DNA from: Pseudothermotoga sp.
Lineage (GTDB): Bacteria; Thermotogota; Thermotogae; Thermotogales; DSM-5069
DNA length: 18,888 nucleotides
Direction: 5' to 3'
Assembly (NCBI GenBank): GCA_041640575.1
Contig: JBEPZZ010000014.1
Coordinates: forward strand, 15,657-34,544
Part shown: piece after piece, positions 1-9,202 of the stretch
How positions within the stretch are numbered: position 1 is the first letter of the stretch
Layout: each line of letters starts with the position of its first letter
Translations under genes and position numbers: made by a program
Notes under the pieces: generated by a model
What the model was told of the DNA's origin: nothing
Database searches by the model: none
The model's input: the letters and a program-made list of their open reading frames with translations, nothing else

Positions 1-1067
1 ATCGAGGAGAGTACCTGGTCGATATTGCAAAAAAGTTGATTGAAGAGCATGGTGAAAAATTCAAAGAAAAGTGGGATGAAACCGTTGGCTCGTTTTTCGA
101 AGAATATGCTGTAAATAGCATTCTTTGGGATATGCAACACGATTTGATGACACTTGGTTGTGGTTTTGATGTCTACTTTTCCGAGAAATCGCTCGTGCAG
201 GATGGTACGGTGAATCAAGTGCTGAAGATGCTCGATGAAAAAGGTTACACCTATTGGAAGGATGGAGCTTTGTGGTTCAAAGTTTCACAGTTTATCGACG
301 AAGAAGACAAGGTTTTAATAAAGAAAGATGGAAGTCTCACCTATTTTCTAACCGACATAGCTTATCATTACAAGAAGTTCAAACGTGGCTTTGAAAAAGT
401 CTATGACATATGGGGTTCAGATCATCATGGACACATTCCAAGGATGAAAGCGGCAATGAAGGCTCTAAGTTTGCATGAAGACTTTTTACAAGTAATACTT
501 CATCAATTCGTGACACTCAAAAGAGGAGAAGAAATTGTTCGAATGTCTACCAGAGCAGGGGAGTTCGTGACACTCAAAGAGTTGATCGAAGAAGTTGGTG
601 TTGACGCAACCAGATACTTTTTTGCGATGATAGATCCCAACACCCATATGATTTTTGATTTAAATCTGGCGAAGGCAAGGTCGTTGGACAACCCGGTATA
701 TTATGTTCAGTATGCTCATGCGAGAATTTGCAGTCTGTTTGAACAAGCTAGAATTAAAAATGTGCCATTCATTAAAGCTGACAACTTAGACTTGCTTGAA
801 GAACAAGTAGAACTGGATTTGATGAAAATGCTGGATGGTTTTGAAGACACACTTTACGATGTGGTAAGAACGCTTGCCCCGAACAGGCTTACGCAGTATC
901 TAGAATCACTGGCATATTCTTTTCACAGCTTCTACACTAAATGTTTGATCGTTGATCCATCGAATCCAAAATTGTCCAACGCGAGGTTGAACTTATCTTA
1001 TGCGACATTGCTTACCTTGAAAAAAGGTCTCCAATTGCTAGGTGTTAATGCCCCTGAAAAGATGTGA
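1..1067 (+). CDS. argS: Arginine--tRNA ligase (5' truncated by window edge)
   Basis: The frame is open from base 3 ([12 protein letters not shown]...). Motifs [35 protein letters not shown] (KMSKS equivalent), [12 protein letters not shown] and the C-terminal LGVNAPEKM are typical of ArgRS. Confidence 0.97.
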   Translation, partial: RGEYLVDIAKKLIEEHGEKFKEKWDETVGSFFEEYAVNSILWDMQHDLMTLGCGFDVYFSEKSLVQDGTVNQVLKMLDEKGYTYWKDGALWFKVSQFIDEEDKVLIKKDGSLTYFLTDIAYHYKKFKRGFEKVYDIWGSDHHGHIPRMKAAMKALSLHEDFLQVILHQFVTLKRGEEIVRMSTRAGEFVTLKELIEEVGVDATRYFFAMIDPNTHMIFDLNLAKARSLDNPVYYVQYAHARICSLFEQARIKNVPFIKADNLDLLEEQVELDLMKMLDGFEDTLYDVVRTLAPNRLTQYLESLAYSFHSFYTKCLIVDPSNPKLSNARLNLSYATLLTLKKGLQLLGVNAPEKM

Positions 1068-1567
1068 TAGCAATGACGAAACTTGTGTTTTCTTTCATTG
1101 CAGCTGGATTGATTTATCTTGTTGGTAGGAATCTACGAGAAACTTTGATCTTTCTGATAACAGTCGTTTCAACAGCGGTTTACTTCATGTTTTTAAGGAG
1201 CAAAAAAGTAGATAACTTGCACACTTTAACTGTCATCTTGGTTTTGGCTTCGAGTGTTCTACCAAAATTGAGAGGTGATTTTTCGTCTTATACTACGCCG
1301 TTTTATATAGCAATTTTATTACTCGTACCTTATAGTTTGACTTGTGCAAACAAACTTTGGTATGTTAACTGGGCCGGATTTTGGATTTTCATCTCGTATG
1401 GTTTGTATAAAGTTTCAAGCTTCAAGCTTAAGGAATACTCAGTATTTATCGTAATTGCAGTTGTTCCAATAGCCTTGCGTGACCTTTGGGAAAGGAGGAA
1501 AGGTTGTGGTCGAAAGGTATGCGCTCTCACCAATGAAGGAACTTTGGACGACAAAAGCAAACCTTGA
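1064..1567 (+). CDS. Hypothetical multi-pass membrane protein (~5-6 TM segments)
   Basis: The GTG start overlaps the argS stop (GTGA); alternative ATG at 1073. It has several hydrophobic stretches and fills the argS-purB gap. The 3' end overlaps purB by 62 nt. Confidence 0.75.
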   Translation: MIAMTKLVFSFIAAGLIYLVGRNLRETLIFLITVVSTAVYFMFLRSKKVDNLHTLTVILVLASSVLPKLRGDFSSYTTPFYIAILLLVPYSLTCANKLWYVNWAGFWIFISYGLYKVSSFKLKEYSVFIVIAVVPIALRDLWERRKGCGRKVCALTNEGTLDDKSKP

Positions 1568-2801
1568 AAGATGGCTTCAAGTCGAACTTGCTGTCATGCA
1601 AGCTTATGAACAACTTGGAATGATACCATCTGGCAGCACTCAAAAGGCTAGAGATAATGCTATTATAGATATGAAGCTTTTTGAGGAAATTGAAGCTCAA
1701 ACAGATCACGATGTTATCGCCTTTGTCAAAATGGCGACTAGCAAAATGGGCGATGAAGCTCGATTTTTTCATTACGGTTTGACTTCCTCAGATGTACTTG
1801 ACACAGCTCTCTCCCTAGCCTTGGTTAAAGCCTGTGAACTGATAATTAGTCAAGTTGATAGACTTTTGCAGGCACTGTGGAAATTAGCTTTAGAACATAA
1901 AGACACCTTAACCATCGGTCGGACGCACGGTGTACACGCTGAGCCAACAAGCTTTGGGTTGAAGGTTTTAAACTGGTATGCTGAAACGATGAGAAACAAA
2001 GAAAGACTGATTTATGCAAAGGAACAGATAAGCTATGGAAAAATAAGTGGTGCCGTGGGAAACTATGCAAACGTTCCACCTGTGGTTGAAAAAATAGCGC
2101 TCGAAAGCCTTGGCTTGAAACCCACACCTGTCTCAAGTCAAATAGTAAACAGAGATCATCACGCTTTTTTCATCTTTACTCTTGCTTTGCTTGCAAGTGG
2201 AATTGAGAGGATTGCCACTGAGATAAGACATCTTCAAAAAACAGAGGTTCTGGAAGCTCAAGAACCTTTTAAAGAAGGTCAAAAGGGTTCAAGTGCCATG
2301 CCCCATAAGCAAAATCCCATTTTGTGTGAACGACTTTGTGGGTTGGCAAGAATAATGCGTTCTTATGTTCCTGTAGTGCTCGAAAATAACAATCTGTGGC
2401 ATGAAAGGGATATTTCTCATTCATCTGCTGAAAGATATGTTTTTCCAGATGCAACTCAGACGATTTATTATATGTTGGTAAAAGCAGTTTATTTGGTTGA
2501 AAATTTGGTTGTATACAAAGACAGAATGTTGAAGAATCTTAATGTAACAAATGGGCTAGTCTTTTCGCAAAAACTCATGCTTGCACTTATAGACAAAGGT
2601 ATGTCAAGAACACAAGCTTATGATTTGGTTCAGCAACTTTCGCTTAGATCGTGGAAAAGCGGAGAAAATTTGAAAGAGCTTGCGAAGGAAAATATAAATA
2701 TCTTGAATGAAGAAGAACTCGAAAAGATATTTGATCCAAGGGAGTATTTGAGAAACATCAACGAGGTATATGCTAGATTCGAGGGAGGCTGGAAAGGTTG
2801 A
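1506..2801 (+). CDS. purB: Adenylosuccinate lyase (431 aa)
   Basis: Motifs GSSAMPHKQNP, HYGLTSSD, GRTHGVHAEPT and WHERDISHSS. Start reassigned to GTG 1506 (MVERY...), 7 nt after AGGAGG at 1493-1498. Confidence 0.97.
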   Translation: MVERYALSPMKELWTTKANLERWLQVELAVMQAYEQLGMIPSGSTQKARDNAIIDMKLFEEIEAQTDHDVIAFVKMATSKMGDEARFFHYGLTSSDVLDTALSLALVKACELIISQVDRLLQALWKLALEHKDTLTIGRTHGVHAEPTSFGLKVLNWYAETMRNKERLIYAKEQISYGKISGAVGNYANVPPVVEKIALESLGLKPTPVSSQIVNRDHHAFFIFTLALLASGIERIATEIRHLQKTEVLEAQEPFKEGQKGSSAMPHKQNPILCERLCGLARIMRSYVPVVLENNNLWHERDISHSSAERYVFPDATQTIYYMLVKAVYLVENLVVYKDRMLKNLNVTNGLVFSQKLMLALIDKGMSRTQAYDLVQQLSLRSWKSGENLKELAKENINILNEEELEKIFDPREYLRNINEVYARFEGGWKG

Positions 2802-4009
2802 ATGCCGCAGTAATAGGTTTGCAATGGGGAGATGAAGGAAAAGGGAAAGTTGTTACTTATCTTTCGAAGGATTTTGACTGTGTGGTGAGGTATTCTGGCG
2901 GGAGCAATGCTGGTCACACTGTTGATTACGGCGATTTCAAGGTGGTTCATCATCTTGTTCCTTCAGCAAATGTGAAAGAGCAAAAGATGATGTACATAGG
3001 ACCTGGTGTCGTCGTTGATTTGCAAGTGCTGTTGGAGGAGATTGAACAATTGGAAAAGCATGTTCCTGGTTCTAGAAAATTGCTTAAAATTTCACGGCAA
3101 GCGCATTTGGTTTTGCCAATCTATAAAGAACTCGATGGAAAAATAGATTCTTCAAGAGTTAATGTCATAGGTACAACTAGAAGAGGTATCGGTTTATCCT
3201 ACGCAAATAGAGCTTTAAGATGCGGTTTGAGGCTTGAAGATCTACTGGATAAAGGAGTTGCAAAAAGAAGAATAGAAGAGCTGCTTTCTATATGGAAACT
3301 TCATCTAGATAGCGATGCAATTTTGCAGGATATTCAGGATATTTATGAAAAATATGAACTTATCAAAGACCTGATTATCGACACCATCGAAGCAGTGCAG
3401 GTATTTGCCGGTAGAAATCTTCTTTTTGAAGGGACTCAAGGTGTGTTACTTGATGTAGATGTTGGAACTTACCCGTTTGTAACTTCGGCAAATTGCTCAA
3501 CCACTGGGATCCATGCAGGTTTTGGCCATCCTGTGACCTTAGACAACGTTTTTGGCGTGATGAAAGCTTACACCACACGGGTGGGTGAAGGCCCATTTCC
3601 AACGGAGTTGAAAGGCAAAGAAGGTGAACGACTCAGAGAACTTGGAAAAGAGTACGGAGCAACAACTGGAAGACCAAGAAGGTGTGGTTGGCTTGATCTG
3701 GTCATGCTAAAGTATGCCATTCAAACAAGTGGTTGTAAAGAATTAATTGTGACCAAGGCTGATGTTTTATGTGGGTATCAGAAAATTGGGGTATGTGTTG
3801 CTTACAAAATTGATGGAAAAGTTGTCGAATCATTGAAGAATGTTTTTGAACTAGAAAAAGCTGAGCCGATTTATGAGTATTTTGAAGGCTGGGATTCTCT
3901 TCATTCAAAACAGTTTGAAATGTTTCTGGAGAGGATAGAAAAAGAGACAAAAGCGAAGATAAGCTACATTTCTACAGGTCCAAAAGTCGATGAGATAGTT
4001 AAACTTTAA
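2798..4009 (+). CDS. purA: Adenylosuccinate synthetase
   Basis: Motifs GLQWGDEGKGK, GGSNAGHT, EGTQG, GTYPFVTS, KAYTTRVGEGPFPTE and EYGATTGRPRRCGWLD. The TTG start overlaps the purB stop (TTGA). Confidence 0.97.
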   Translation: MNAAVIGLQWGDEGKGKVVTYLSKDFDCVVRYSGGSNAGHTVDYGDFKVVHHLVPSANVKEQKMMYIGPGVVVDLQVLLEEIEQLEKHVPGSRKLLKISRQAHLVLPIYKELDGKIDSSRVNVIGTTRRGIGLSYANRALRCGLRLEDLLDKGVAKRRIEELLSIWKLHLDSDAILQDIQDIYEKYELIKDLIIDTIEAVQVFAGRNLLFEGTQGVLLDVDVGTYPFVTSANCSTTGIHAGFGHPVTLDNVFGVMKAYTTRVGEGPFPTELKGKEGERLRELGKEYGATTGRPRRCGWLDLVMLKYAIQTSGCKELIVTKADVLCGYQKIGVCVAYKIDGKVVESLKNVFELEKAEPIYEYFEGWDSLHSKQFEMFLERIEKETKAKISYISTGPKVDEIVKL

Positions 4010-4025
4010 CTTGGGGGTGAATAGG

Positions 4026-4544
4026 GTGGATATAGTTGAAGCGGTAAAAACAAGAAGAAGCATAAGAAGGTATGAACCAAGGGACGTTCCTCGAGAAACA
4101 ATTGTGGAAATCTTGCAGCTAGCACTTAACTCACCGAGTGCTGGAAACAGGCAACCTTGGAGGTTGCATGTGGTGAGAGATTACAGGCTTAGACAACTTC
4201 TCAGCGATGCCGCGGGTGGTCAAACCTTCATAATGGAGGCCCCGTGGGTAATATGTGTTGTTGCTGTAGCTGAGGAGAGTGCTTCACGTTACGGTGAAAG
4301 AGGTAAAGCGCTGTATTGTATTCAAGACACAGCTGCTTTGACAACCCATATTTTGCTATTAGCTAGAAATTATGGGCTAGATACCTGCTGGGTGGGTGCG
4401 TTTGACGAGAAAAAAGTTGCGGAAATCTTGAATCTTCCAGCTGGTCATCGTTGCGTTGCTATAATACCTGTCGGTTATGCAGGCGAGCCAAGGAAGGATA
4501 GACCAAGAAGACCGTTGTCAGAAATAGCCGTATTCCATGAATGA
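4026..4544 (+). CDS. Nitroreductase family (FMN-dependent) protein
   Basis: Motifs RRSIRRY, PSAGNRQPW and GLDTCWVGAF. The likely start is GTG 4026, 5 nt after the GGGGGTGA SD (ORF track starts at 4011). Confidence 0.92.
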   Translation: MDIVEAVKTRRSIRRYEPRDVPRETIVEILQLALNSPSAGNRQPWRLHVVRDYRLRQLLSDAAGGQTFIMEAPWVICVVAVAEESASRYGERGKALYCIQDTAALTTHILLLARNYGLDTCWVGAFDEKKVAEILNLPAGHRCVAIIPVGYAGEPRKDRPRRPLSEIAVFHE

Positions 4545-4556
4545 GGAGGTTTTGGT

Positions 4557-5498
4557 ATGGCAGTCAACTTAACTGGTAGATCTCTTTTGACATTGCTTGA
4601 GTACACTCCTGAAGAAATCAGTTACTTACTTGAGTTATCGCATCACGTAAAGCGTGAAAGTAGGGCAAAAGTTGTTCAAAGAAGGTTTGTTGGAAAAACC
4701 TTGGCGATGGTCTTTGAAAAAAGATCAACGAGGACTCGGTTGGCCTTTGAAACGGCTTTTGCCGAGGAGGGAGGTCATCCAATCTTCCTTTCAATCCAGG
4801 ACATACAACTTGGCGCAAAGGAATCTGTTGAAGACACTGCAAGAGTTTTAGGAAGAATGGTTGACGCAATAATGTTCAGAGGTTTCAAACAAGAAACTGT
4901 TGAGTTGTTGGCAAAATACTCCGGTGTACCCGTGTACAATGGCTTAACTGATGTTTTCCATCCTACGCAGGTTTTAGCAGATTTGATGACCATTCAAGAA
5001 GTCTTCGGAAGGTTGAAGGGTATTAAACTAGTTTTCATGGGCGATGGAAGAAACAACATGGCTAATTCATTGATGATAGGTTGCGCGAAAATGGGGATGC
5101 ACTATGTGATATGCGCCCCGAAAGAATTAACACCAGAAAAGAACTTGCTAGAAACTTGCTTAAAAGTTGCCCAGGAAAACGATGCTAAAATAGAGATAAT
5201 TGATGATCCACAGAAAGCTGTGGATGGAGCAGATGTAATTTACACAGACGTGTGGGCATCCATGGGAGAGGAAGCAAAAATCCAGGAAAGAGAAAGACTT
5301 CTCAGACCATATCAAGTAAATGAAGAGTTGATGAAGAAAACGCATAAAAAAGAAACCATATTCCTGCATTGTTTACCTGCTGTAAAAGGGCAAGAAGTTA
5401 CCTTTGAAGTAATCGAAGGAAAGCAGAGTAAAGTTTGGGACGAAGCCGAGAACAGAAAGCACACAATAAAAGCCTTGATGATCGCTACGCTGTTGTAA
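4557..5498 (+). CDS. argF: Ornithine carbamoyltransferase
   Basis: STRT carbamoyl-phosphate motif, HPTQ, DVWASMG and HCLP. SD GAGGAGG overlaps the upstream stop. Confidence 0.96.
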   Translation: MAVNLTGRSLLTLLEYTPEEISYLLELSHHVKRESRAKVVQRRFVGKTLAMVFEKRSTRTRLAFETAFAEEGGHPIFLSIQDIQLGAKESVEDTARVLGRMVDAIMFRGFKQETVELLAKYSGVPVYNGLTDVFHPTQVLADLMTIQEVFGRLKGIKLVFMGDGRNNMANSLMIGCAKMGMHYVICAPKELTPEKNLLETCLKVAQENDAKIEIIDDPQKAVDGADVIYTDVWASMGEEAKIQERERLLRPYQVNEELMKKTHKKETIFLHCLPAVKGQEVTFEVIEGKQSKVWDEAENRKHTIKALMIATLL

Positions 5499-5508
5499 GT
5501 TCTATGTA

Positions 5509-5543
5509 AAGAAAAAACGGAGCCAAAAGGCTCCGTTTTTCTT
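5509..5543. terminator. Bidirectional intrinsic terminator between argF and csp
   Basis: AAAAACGGAGCC-aaaa-GGCTCCGTTTTT perfect inverted repeat (5513-5540) with A and T runs on either side, between convergent genes. Confidence 0.9.
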
Positions 5544-5553
5544 AAGGTTTGAT

Positions 5554-5757
5554 TCAGTTTATCGGTATTACATTGACGGCCTGAGGACCTTTGTTACCTT
5601 GCTGCACTTCAAACTGAACCTTTTGCCCTTCTTGAAGAGTTTTGAATCCATCAACCTTTATGGCTGAAAAGTGTACAAACACATCTTCGCCATTCTCCTT
5701 GGTGATGAATCCGTAACCTTTCCTTGAATCAAACCACTTGACTGTACCTTTGAACAT
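5554..5757 (-). CDS. Cold-shock protein (CspA family)
   Basis: KGTVKWF, RNP1 KGYGFI, RNP2 VFVHF and [18 protein letters not shown] upstream. Confidence 0.97.
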   Translation of the reverse strand: MFKGTVKWFDSRKGYGFITKENGEDVFVHFSAIKVDGFKTLQEGQKVQFEVQQGNKGPQAVNVIPIN

Positions 5758-5776
5758 GCTTACTCCTCCTACACAT

Positions 5777-5838
5777 AGCGGGTCGTCCCGCTGAAACTAA
5801 AATCATATTAACATGGATTTTCACACTTGGGTTGTCAA
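5777..5838 (-). promoter_or_regulatory. Putative csp promoter and leader hairpin
   Basis: On the - strand: TTGACA at 5838-5833, candidate -10 elements CATGTT/TAATAT/TATGAT at 5815-5802 (spacing is imperfect for the better hexamers), and hairpin AGCGGG-ACGA-CCCGCT (5792-5777) just before the SD. Confidence 0.4.
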
Positions 5839-6201
5839 ATCAAATAAAACACCCAAATGACATCGTACTGTTACACAAAACCGCGTAGAATTAACTAATG
5901 TATACCAAAGTCACAAACTAAAGGCCGTTTGAATTCACTAGCGGTTATAACCTGTGAAGCATTCATGTTGAATTTAACTTCTGATTGCTGTATCCTGAAA
6001 AGAACTTGTTCTATGTCTTGTAAAGTCTTTAACTATAAGAAATTAAGATAAAAAGATCGCAATTTTACCAAGCTTATTGAGATAAATCCAAGATGTTTTT
6101 ATCCACAGCAAATGTGTCTAATATTTCAAAAAGTAAGTCAATTTTACTCTAAAGCAAATTTTGTAGTAGTTAACCTTGATAAATGCTAACGGTTAAAAAG
6201 C

Positions 6202-6230
6202 TTGAAAGCTGTTCAATGGTGTGATAATAT
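6202..6230 (+). promoter_or_regulatory. Putative sigma70-type promoter of tRNA-Met
   Basis: TTGAAA (6202-6207), 17 bp spacer, TG-extended TAATAT (6225-6230), 10 bp before the tRNA. Confidence 0.55.
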
Positions 6231-6240
6231 ATATACTGTT

Positions 6241-6317
6241 GGCGGTGTAGCTCAGCTGGTCAGAGCGAGTGATTCATAATCACTATGTCGTGGGTTCGAG
6301 TCCCACCGCCGCCACCA
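6241..6317 (+). tRNA. tRNA-Met(CAT), elongator type
   Basis: 77-nt cloverleaf: acceptor GGCGGTG/CGCCGCC, D-arm GCTC/GAGC, anticodon arm AGTGA-TTCATAA-TCACT, T-arm GTGGG-TTCGAGT-CCCAC, encoded CCA. The G1-C72 pair and lack of three G-C anticodon-stem pairs exclude the initiator. G4-C69/G5-C68 favour Met over Ile2. Confidence 0.95.
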
Positions 6318-6342
6318 AGGGGCTCTTGCCCCTTTTGTTTTT
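6317..6342 (+). terminator. Intrinsic terminator after tRNA
   Basis: AAGGGGC-tctt-GCCCCTT followed by TTGTTTTT. Confidence 0.8.
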
Positions 6343-6343
6343 A

Positions 6344-6352
6344 TGGCATAAT
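6344..6352 (+). promoter_or_regulatory. Putative extended -10 for secG-tyrS
   Basis: TGgCATAAT immediately after the tRNA terminator, ~40 nt upstream of the secG ATG. Confidence 0.45.
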
Positions 6353-6390
6353 ACTTTCAGAAATTGTTCCTAGCGTAGGGAGGTTTGAAT

Positions 6391-6621
6391 ATGAAAACGT
6401 TTATGCTGATTATTCATTCACTCATTTCGGCAGGTTTGATTTTCATGGTTCTGAACCAAATGGAAAAATTTGCGGAACTGGGTGGTGCGTTTGGATCTGG
6501 TAGTTTGCACACAATGTTTGGCAAAAAGAAAGGGTTGGATACAGCTGGTAAAATAACCTTATATCTTTCGATAGCGTTTTTTGTAAGTTGTATTGTAACT
6601 GCGTTTATTCTTTCGAGGTGA
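6391..6621 (+). CDS. secG: Preprotein translocase subunit SecG
   Basis: Two TM helices flank a glycine-rich GGAFGSGS...FG loop. ATG 6391 lies 7 nt after GGAGG (track start at TTG 6385). The tRNA-secG-tyrS context fits. Confidence 0.92.
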   Translation: MKTFMLIIHSLISAGLIFMVLNQMEKFAELGGAFGSGSLHTMFGKKKGLDTAGKITLYLSIAFFVSCIVTAFILSR

Positions 6622-6625
6622 TCCA

Positions 6626-7819
6626 ATGCATCCAGAGGAACAACTTGAATTTTTGGCGAGAAACGTTGTTGATCTTGTGTCAAAAGAGGAACTTTTGGAG
6701 AGATTGACAAGCAAAGGAAAGCTTCGGGTGAAACTTGGTGTTGATCCATCCAGGCCCGATTTACATCTTGGACATGCGGTTGTACTTTTCAAACTTAGAG
6801 AGTTCCAAGATCTCGGTCATCATGTCATTTTGATAATAGGTGATTTTACGGCAATGATAGGTGATCCTTCAGGTCGAAGTACTACTAGACCCATGCTTAG
6901 CCCAGAAGAAGTCAAAGCCAATGCAAAGACCTATCAAGAGCAAGCGTTCAAAATTTTGGATCCTCAAAAAACTGAGGTTCGCTTCAACAGTGAATGGCTT
7001 GGAAAAATGACTTTTACCGATGTGATAAAACTAGCTGCAAAATACACTGTAGCTCGAATGCTGGAAAGAGATGATTTTGCAAAAAGATATGCCGCCAATG
7101 AACCTATATCCATCTGTGAATTTCTCTATCCTTTAGCTCAGGCTTACGATTCAGTTGCAATCCAAGCTGATGTTGAACTTGGAGGGACTGATCAATACTT
7201 CAACTTGATTGTTGGTAGAAAAATTCAAGAAGAGTATGGTCAAAAAGCGCAGATAGTTATGACTATGCCAATCATTGAGGGAACCGACGGAAAACTGAAA
7301 ATGAGCAAAAGTTATGGAAACTATATAGCATTCAACGACTCACCATTTGACATGTACGGAAAACTGATGTCAATACCAGACGAGCTGATAATAAAATATA
7401 TGAGATTGTTAACAAAAATCCCAACTCAACAAATAGACGAATATGAACAGCTCATCAATTCAAAGAAAGTGAATCCAAGAGACATCAAAATGAAGCTAGC
7501 TTTTGAAATAACGCAATTTTTCCACACAAAAGAACGAGCTTTAGAAGCAGAAGCTGAGTTTATACGTATTTTCAGATCCAAAGAGTTGCCAAGCGACATG
7601 CCAGTTGTAGAACTTGACAAAGACGAGGTAGAGTTGGTAGAATTACTCGTGAAGATTGGAATTGCAACAAGTCGCAGTGAGGCACGCAGATTGATATCTC
7701 AAGGTGGAGTAAAAATAGATGATAAAAAGATAGATGACATACACGCTAAAATTATTTTAGACAGAGAAAAAATATTGAAGGTTGGAAAAAGAAATTTCTT
7801 TAAGTTGGTTCGTAGTTGA
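6626..7819 (+). CDS. tyrS: Tyrosine--tRNA ligase
   Basis: HLGH and KMSKS motifs, [20 protein letters not shown] and a C-terminal S4 domain ([17 protein letters not shown]). Confidence 0.98.
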   Translation: MHPEEQLEFLARNVVDLVSKEELLERLTSKGKLRVKLGVDPSRPDLHLGHAVVLFKLREFQDLGHHVILIIGDFTAMIGDPSGRSTTRPMLSPEEVKANAKTYQEQAFKILDPQKTEVRFNSEWLGKMTFTDVIKLAAKYTVARMLERDDFAKRYAANEPISICEFLYPLAQAYDSVAIQADVELGGTDQYFNLIVGRKIQEEYGQKAQIVMTMPIIEGTDGKLKMSKSYGNYIAFNDSPFDMYGKLMSIPDELIIKYMRLLTKIPTQQIDEYEQLINSKKVNPRDIKMKLAFEITQFFHTKERALEAEAEFIRIFRSKELPSDMPVVELDKDEVELVELLVKIGIATSRSEARRLISQGGVKIDDKKIDDIHAKIILDREKILKVGKRNFFKLVRS

Positions 7820-7832
7820 TTAATGCATACTA

Positions 7833-7862
7833 TTGATTTTAATAGTTTATCGGTGCTATAAT
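7833..7862 (+). promoter_or_regulatory. Putative promoter of ompA-ompB
   Basis: TTGATT (7833-7838), 18 bp spacer, TG-extended TATAAT (7857-7862). A second TATAAT lies at 7937-7942. Confidence 0.6.
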
Positions 7863-7961
7863 TTTCTTGGTTTTAGTTCTTGTGCTTTTCTGGTCTTTGA
7901 AAAGTTGGGGGGATTTTCCCACCTGTATGAGCCAAATATAATGTGAAGGGAGGTTGAAGTC

Positions 7962-9146
7962 ATGAAAAAACTTTGCGTGTTAGTCTTAGCAGTAGCTGTG
8001 ACAGTAGGGGTTTTTGCTAACATGTTCCCTGATGTTCCCAAGACCCATTGGGCTTATGAGTACGTCAAACATTTGAAGGATAAGGGAATTGTCATTGGTT
8101 ATCCAGACGGCACTTTCAAAGGCGAGCGAAACATTACACGTTATGAAGAAGCAGCAATGATAAGCAGACTTATTGGCTTGCTTGAAAGTGAAATCGTCGG
8201 TCCACACATTAGCAACGTCTTAAGAGTGCTCGATGCAGTTAGTATGAGGCTAGGCACAACGGTTCAGAAGGTTGATGCGCTTGAAAAGAAAGTTGCTGAA
8301 ATTGAAGCAAAGCTTAATGTTGCTGGAACAGCAGCTGAAATTGCACAACTTAAGGCACAGCTTGTTGATCTTTCAAAGGCTCTTGAGATGCTAAAACAGA
8401 CTGTGAATATACACGACAAAGATGTTATTAAACTTTATGAAGCTGTTGCAGGTTTGCAGAAGGGTCTTTCAGCAGCGAACGAAACTGTTAACGCTTTGTC
8501 TTCGAAGATTTCAGCGATTGAAGCAAGTGTTGCTGAATTCAAGGATTTGCATGATTCGCAGGTTGGATACATCATGGATGAACTGGATTCGGTGGCCACA
8601 AGTATTGATGAACTTACAGAAGGTTTGTTTGCTGTCAAGGAAGACTTTGAAGCTCAAATTGGCAGTTTGAAAACAGAAATGGCTTCACAAATGGAAGCGT
8701 TGAAAGCTGAAATGAATGAGAAAGTAGCAGCCTTACAGGCAGTTGACCAGCAGCTGACTGCAAAGATTGCTGCAATCGAGAAGAAGCTTTTTGCGCTTGA
8801 TCCACTTAGAAATGTTGTTAGAGATTTGACAAAGAAATTTTCTGAACATGATGCTAAGTTAGTCTCACTGGAAGGAACAGTTGGCGACCTTTCGATGACC
8901 TTGGACAATGCGGTGATGAACCTTGGGAACTTGTCGATCAGGTTCGAAAGGGCTAAGGTTGACCTTGATAACTTGAAAGAGAAGGTTTCTAATTTAGAAG
9001 TCAAAGTAACTGATCTTGACAATGCGAAAGTGGAGCTTCAGAAAAAGGTTGCAGAACTTGAAAAGGCAAATGCTATTGCAACAGGAGCGGCTATTGGTGC
9101 TATAATCGTTGCAGTAACAGCTTTGATTTTGGGAGTAATGTATTGA
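7962..9146 (+). CDS. Toga structural protein OmpA (Omp-alpha): signal peptide, SLH domain, long coiled coil, C-terminal membrane anchor
   Basis: Signal peptide ending VFA, SLH domain (FPDVPKTHWAYEYV...GYPDGTFKGERNITRYE), ~290 aa heptad-rich region and hydrophobic C-terminus. Fits the known secG-tyrS-ompA-ompB synteny in Thermotogales. Confidence 0.9.
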   Translation: MKKLCVLVLAVAVTVGVFANMFPDVPKTHWAYEYVKHLKDKGIVIGYPDGTFKGERNITRYEEAAMISRLIGLLESEIVGPHISNVLRVLDAVSMRLGTTVQKVDALEKKVAEIEAKLNVAGTAAEIAQLKAQLVDLSKALEMLKQTVNIHDKDVIKLYEAVAGLQKGLSAANETVNALSSKISAIEASVAEFKDLHDSQVGYIMDELDSVATSIDELTEGLFAVKEDFEAQIGSLKTEMASQMEALKAEMNEKVAALQAVDQQLTAKIAAIEKKLFALDPLRNVVRDLTKKFSEHDAKLVSLEGTVGDLSMTLDNAVMNLGNLSIRFERAKVDLDNLKEKVSNLEVKVTDLDNAKVELQKKVAELEKANAIATGAAIGAIIVAVTALILGVMY

Positions 9147-9202
9147 TTCCCCGTGTGGGGTTAAAAACAAAACCAATTTAAAGGTAAAAGGAGGGTGTAT
9201 GT

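Noticed and set aside
6001..6012. GAAC-NN-GTTC as a LexA box
   Set aside because: The spacer is 2 nt, whereas the Gram-positive-type SOS box needs GAAC-N4-GTTC.
6099..6107. Perfect E. coli-type DnaA box TTATCCACA in an AT-rich spacer (oriC?)
   Set aside because: It is a single copy with no box cluster, and Thermotoga origins use a different repeat that I do not see here.
6285..6503. 72 aa ORF
   Set aside because: It overlaps the tRNA, its terminator and secG in another frame.
6318..6625. T-box leader for tyrS or an element integrated at the tRNA 3' end
   Set aside because: secG fills the interval, and there is no T-box motif, integrase or duplicated tRNA end.
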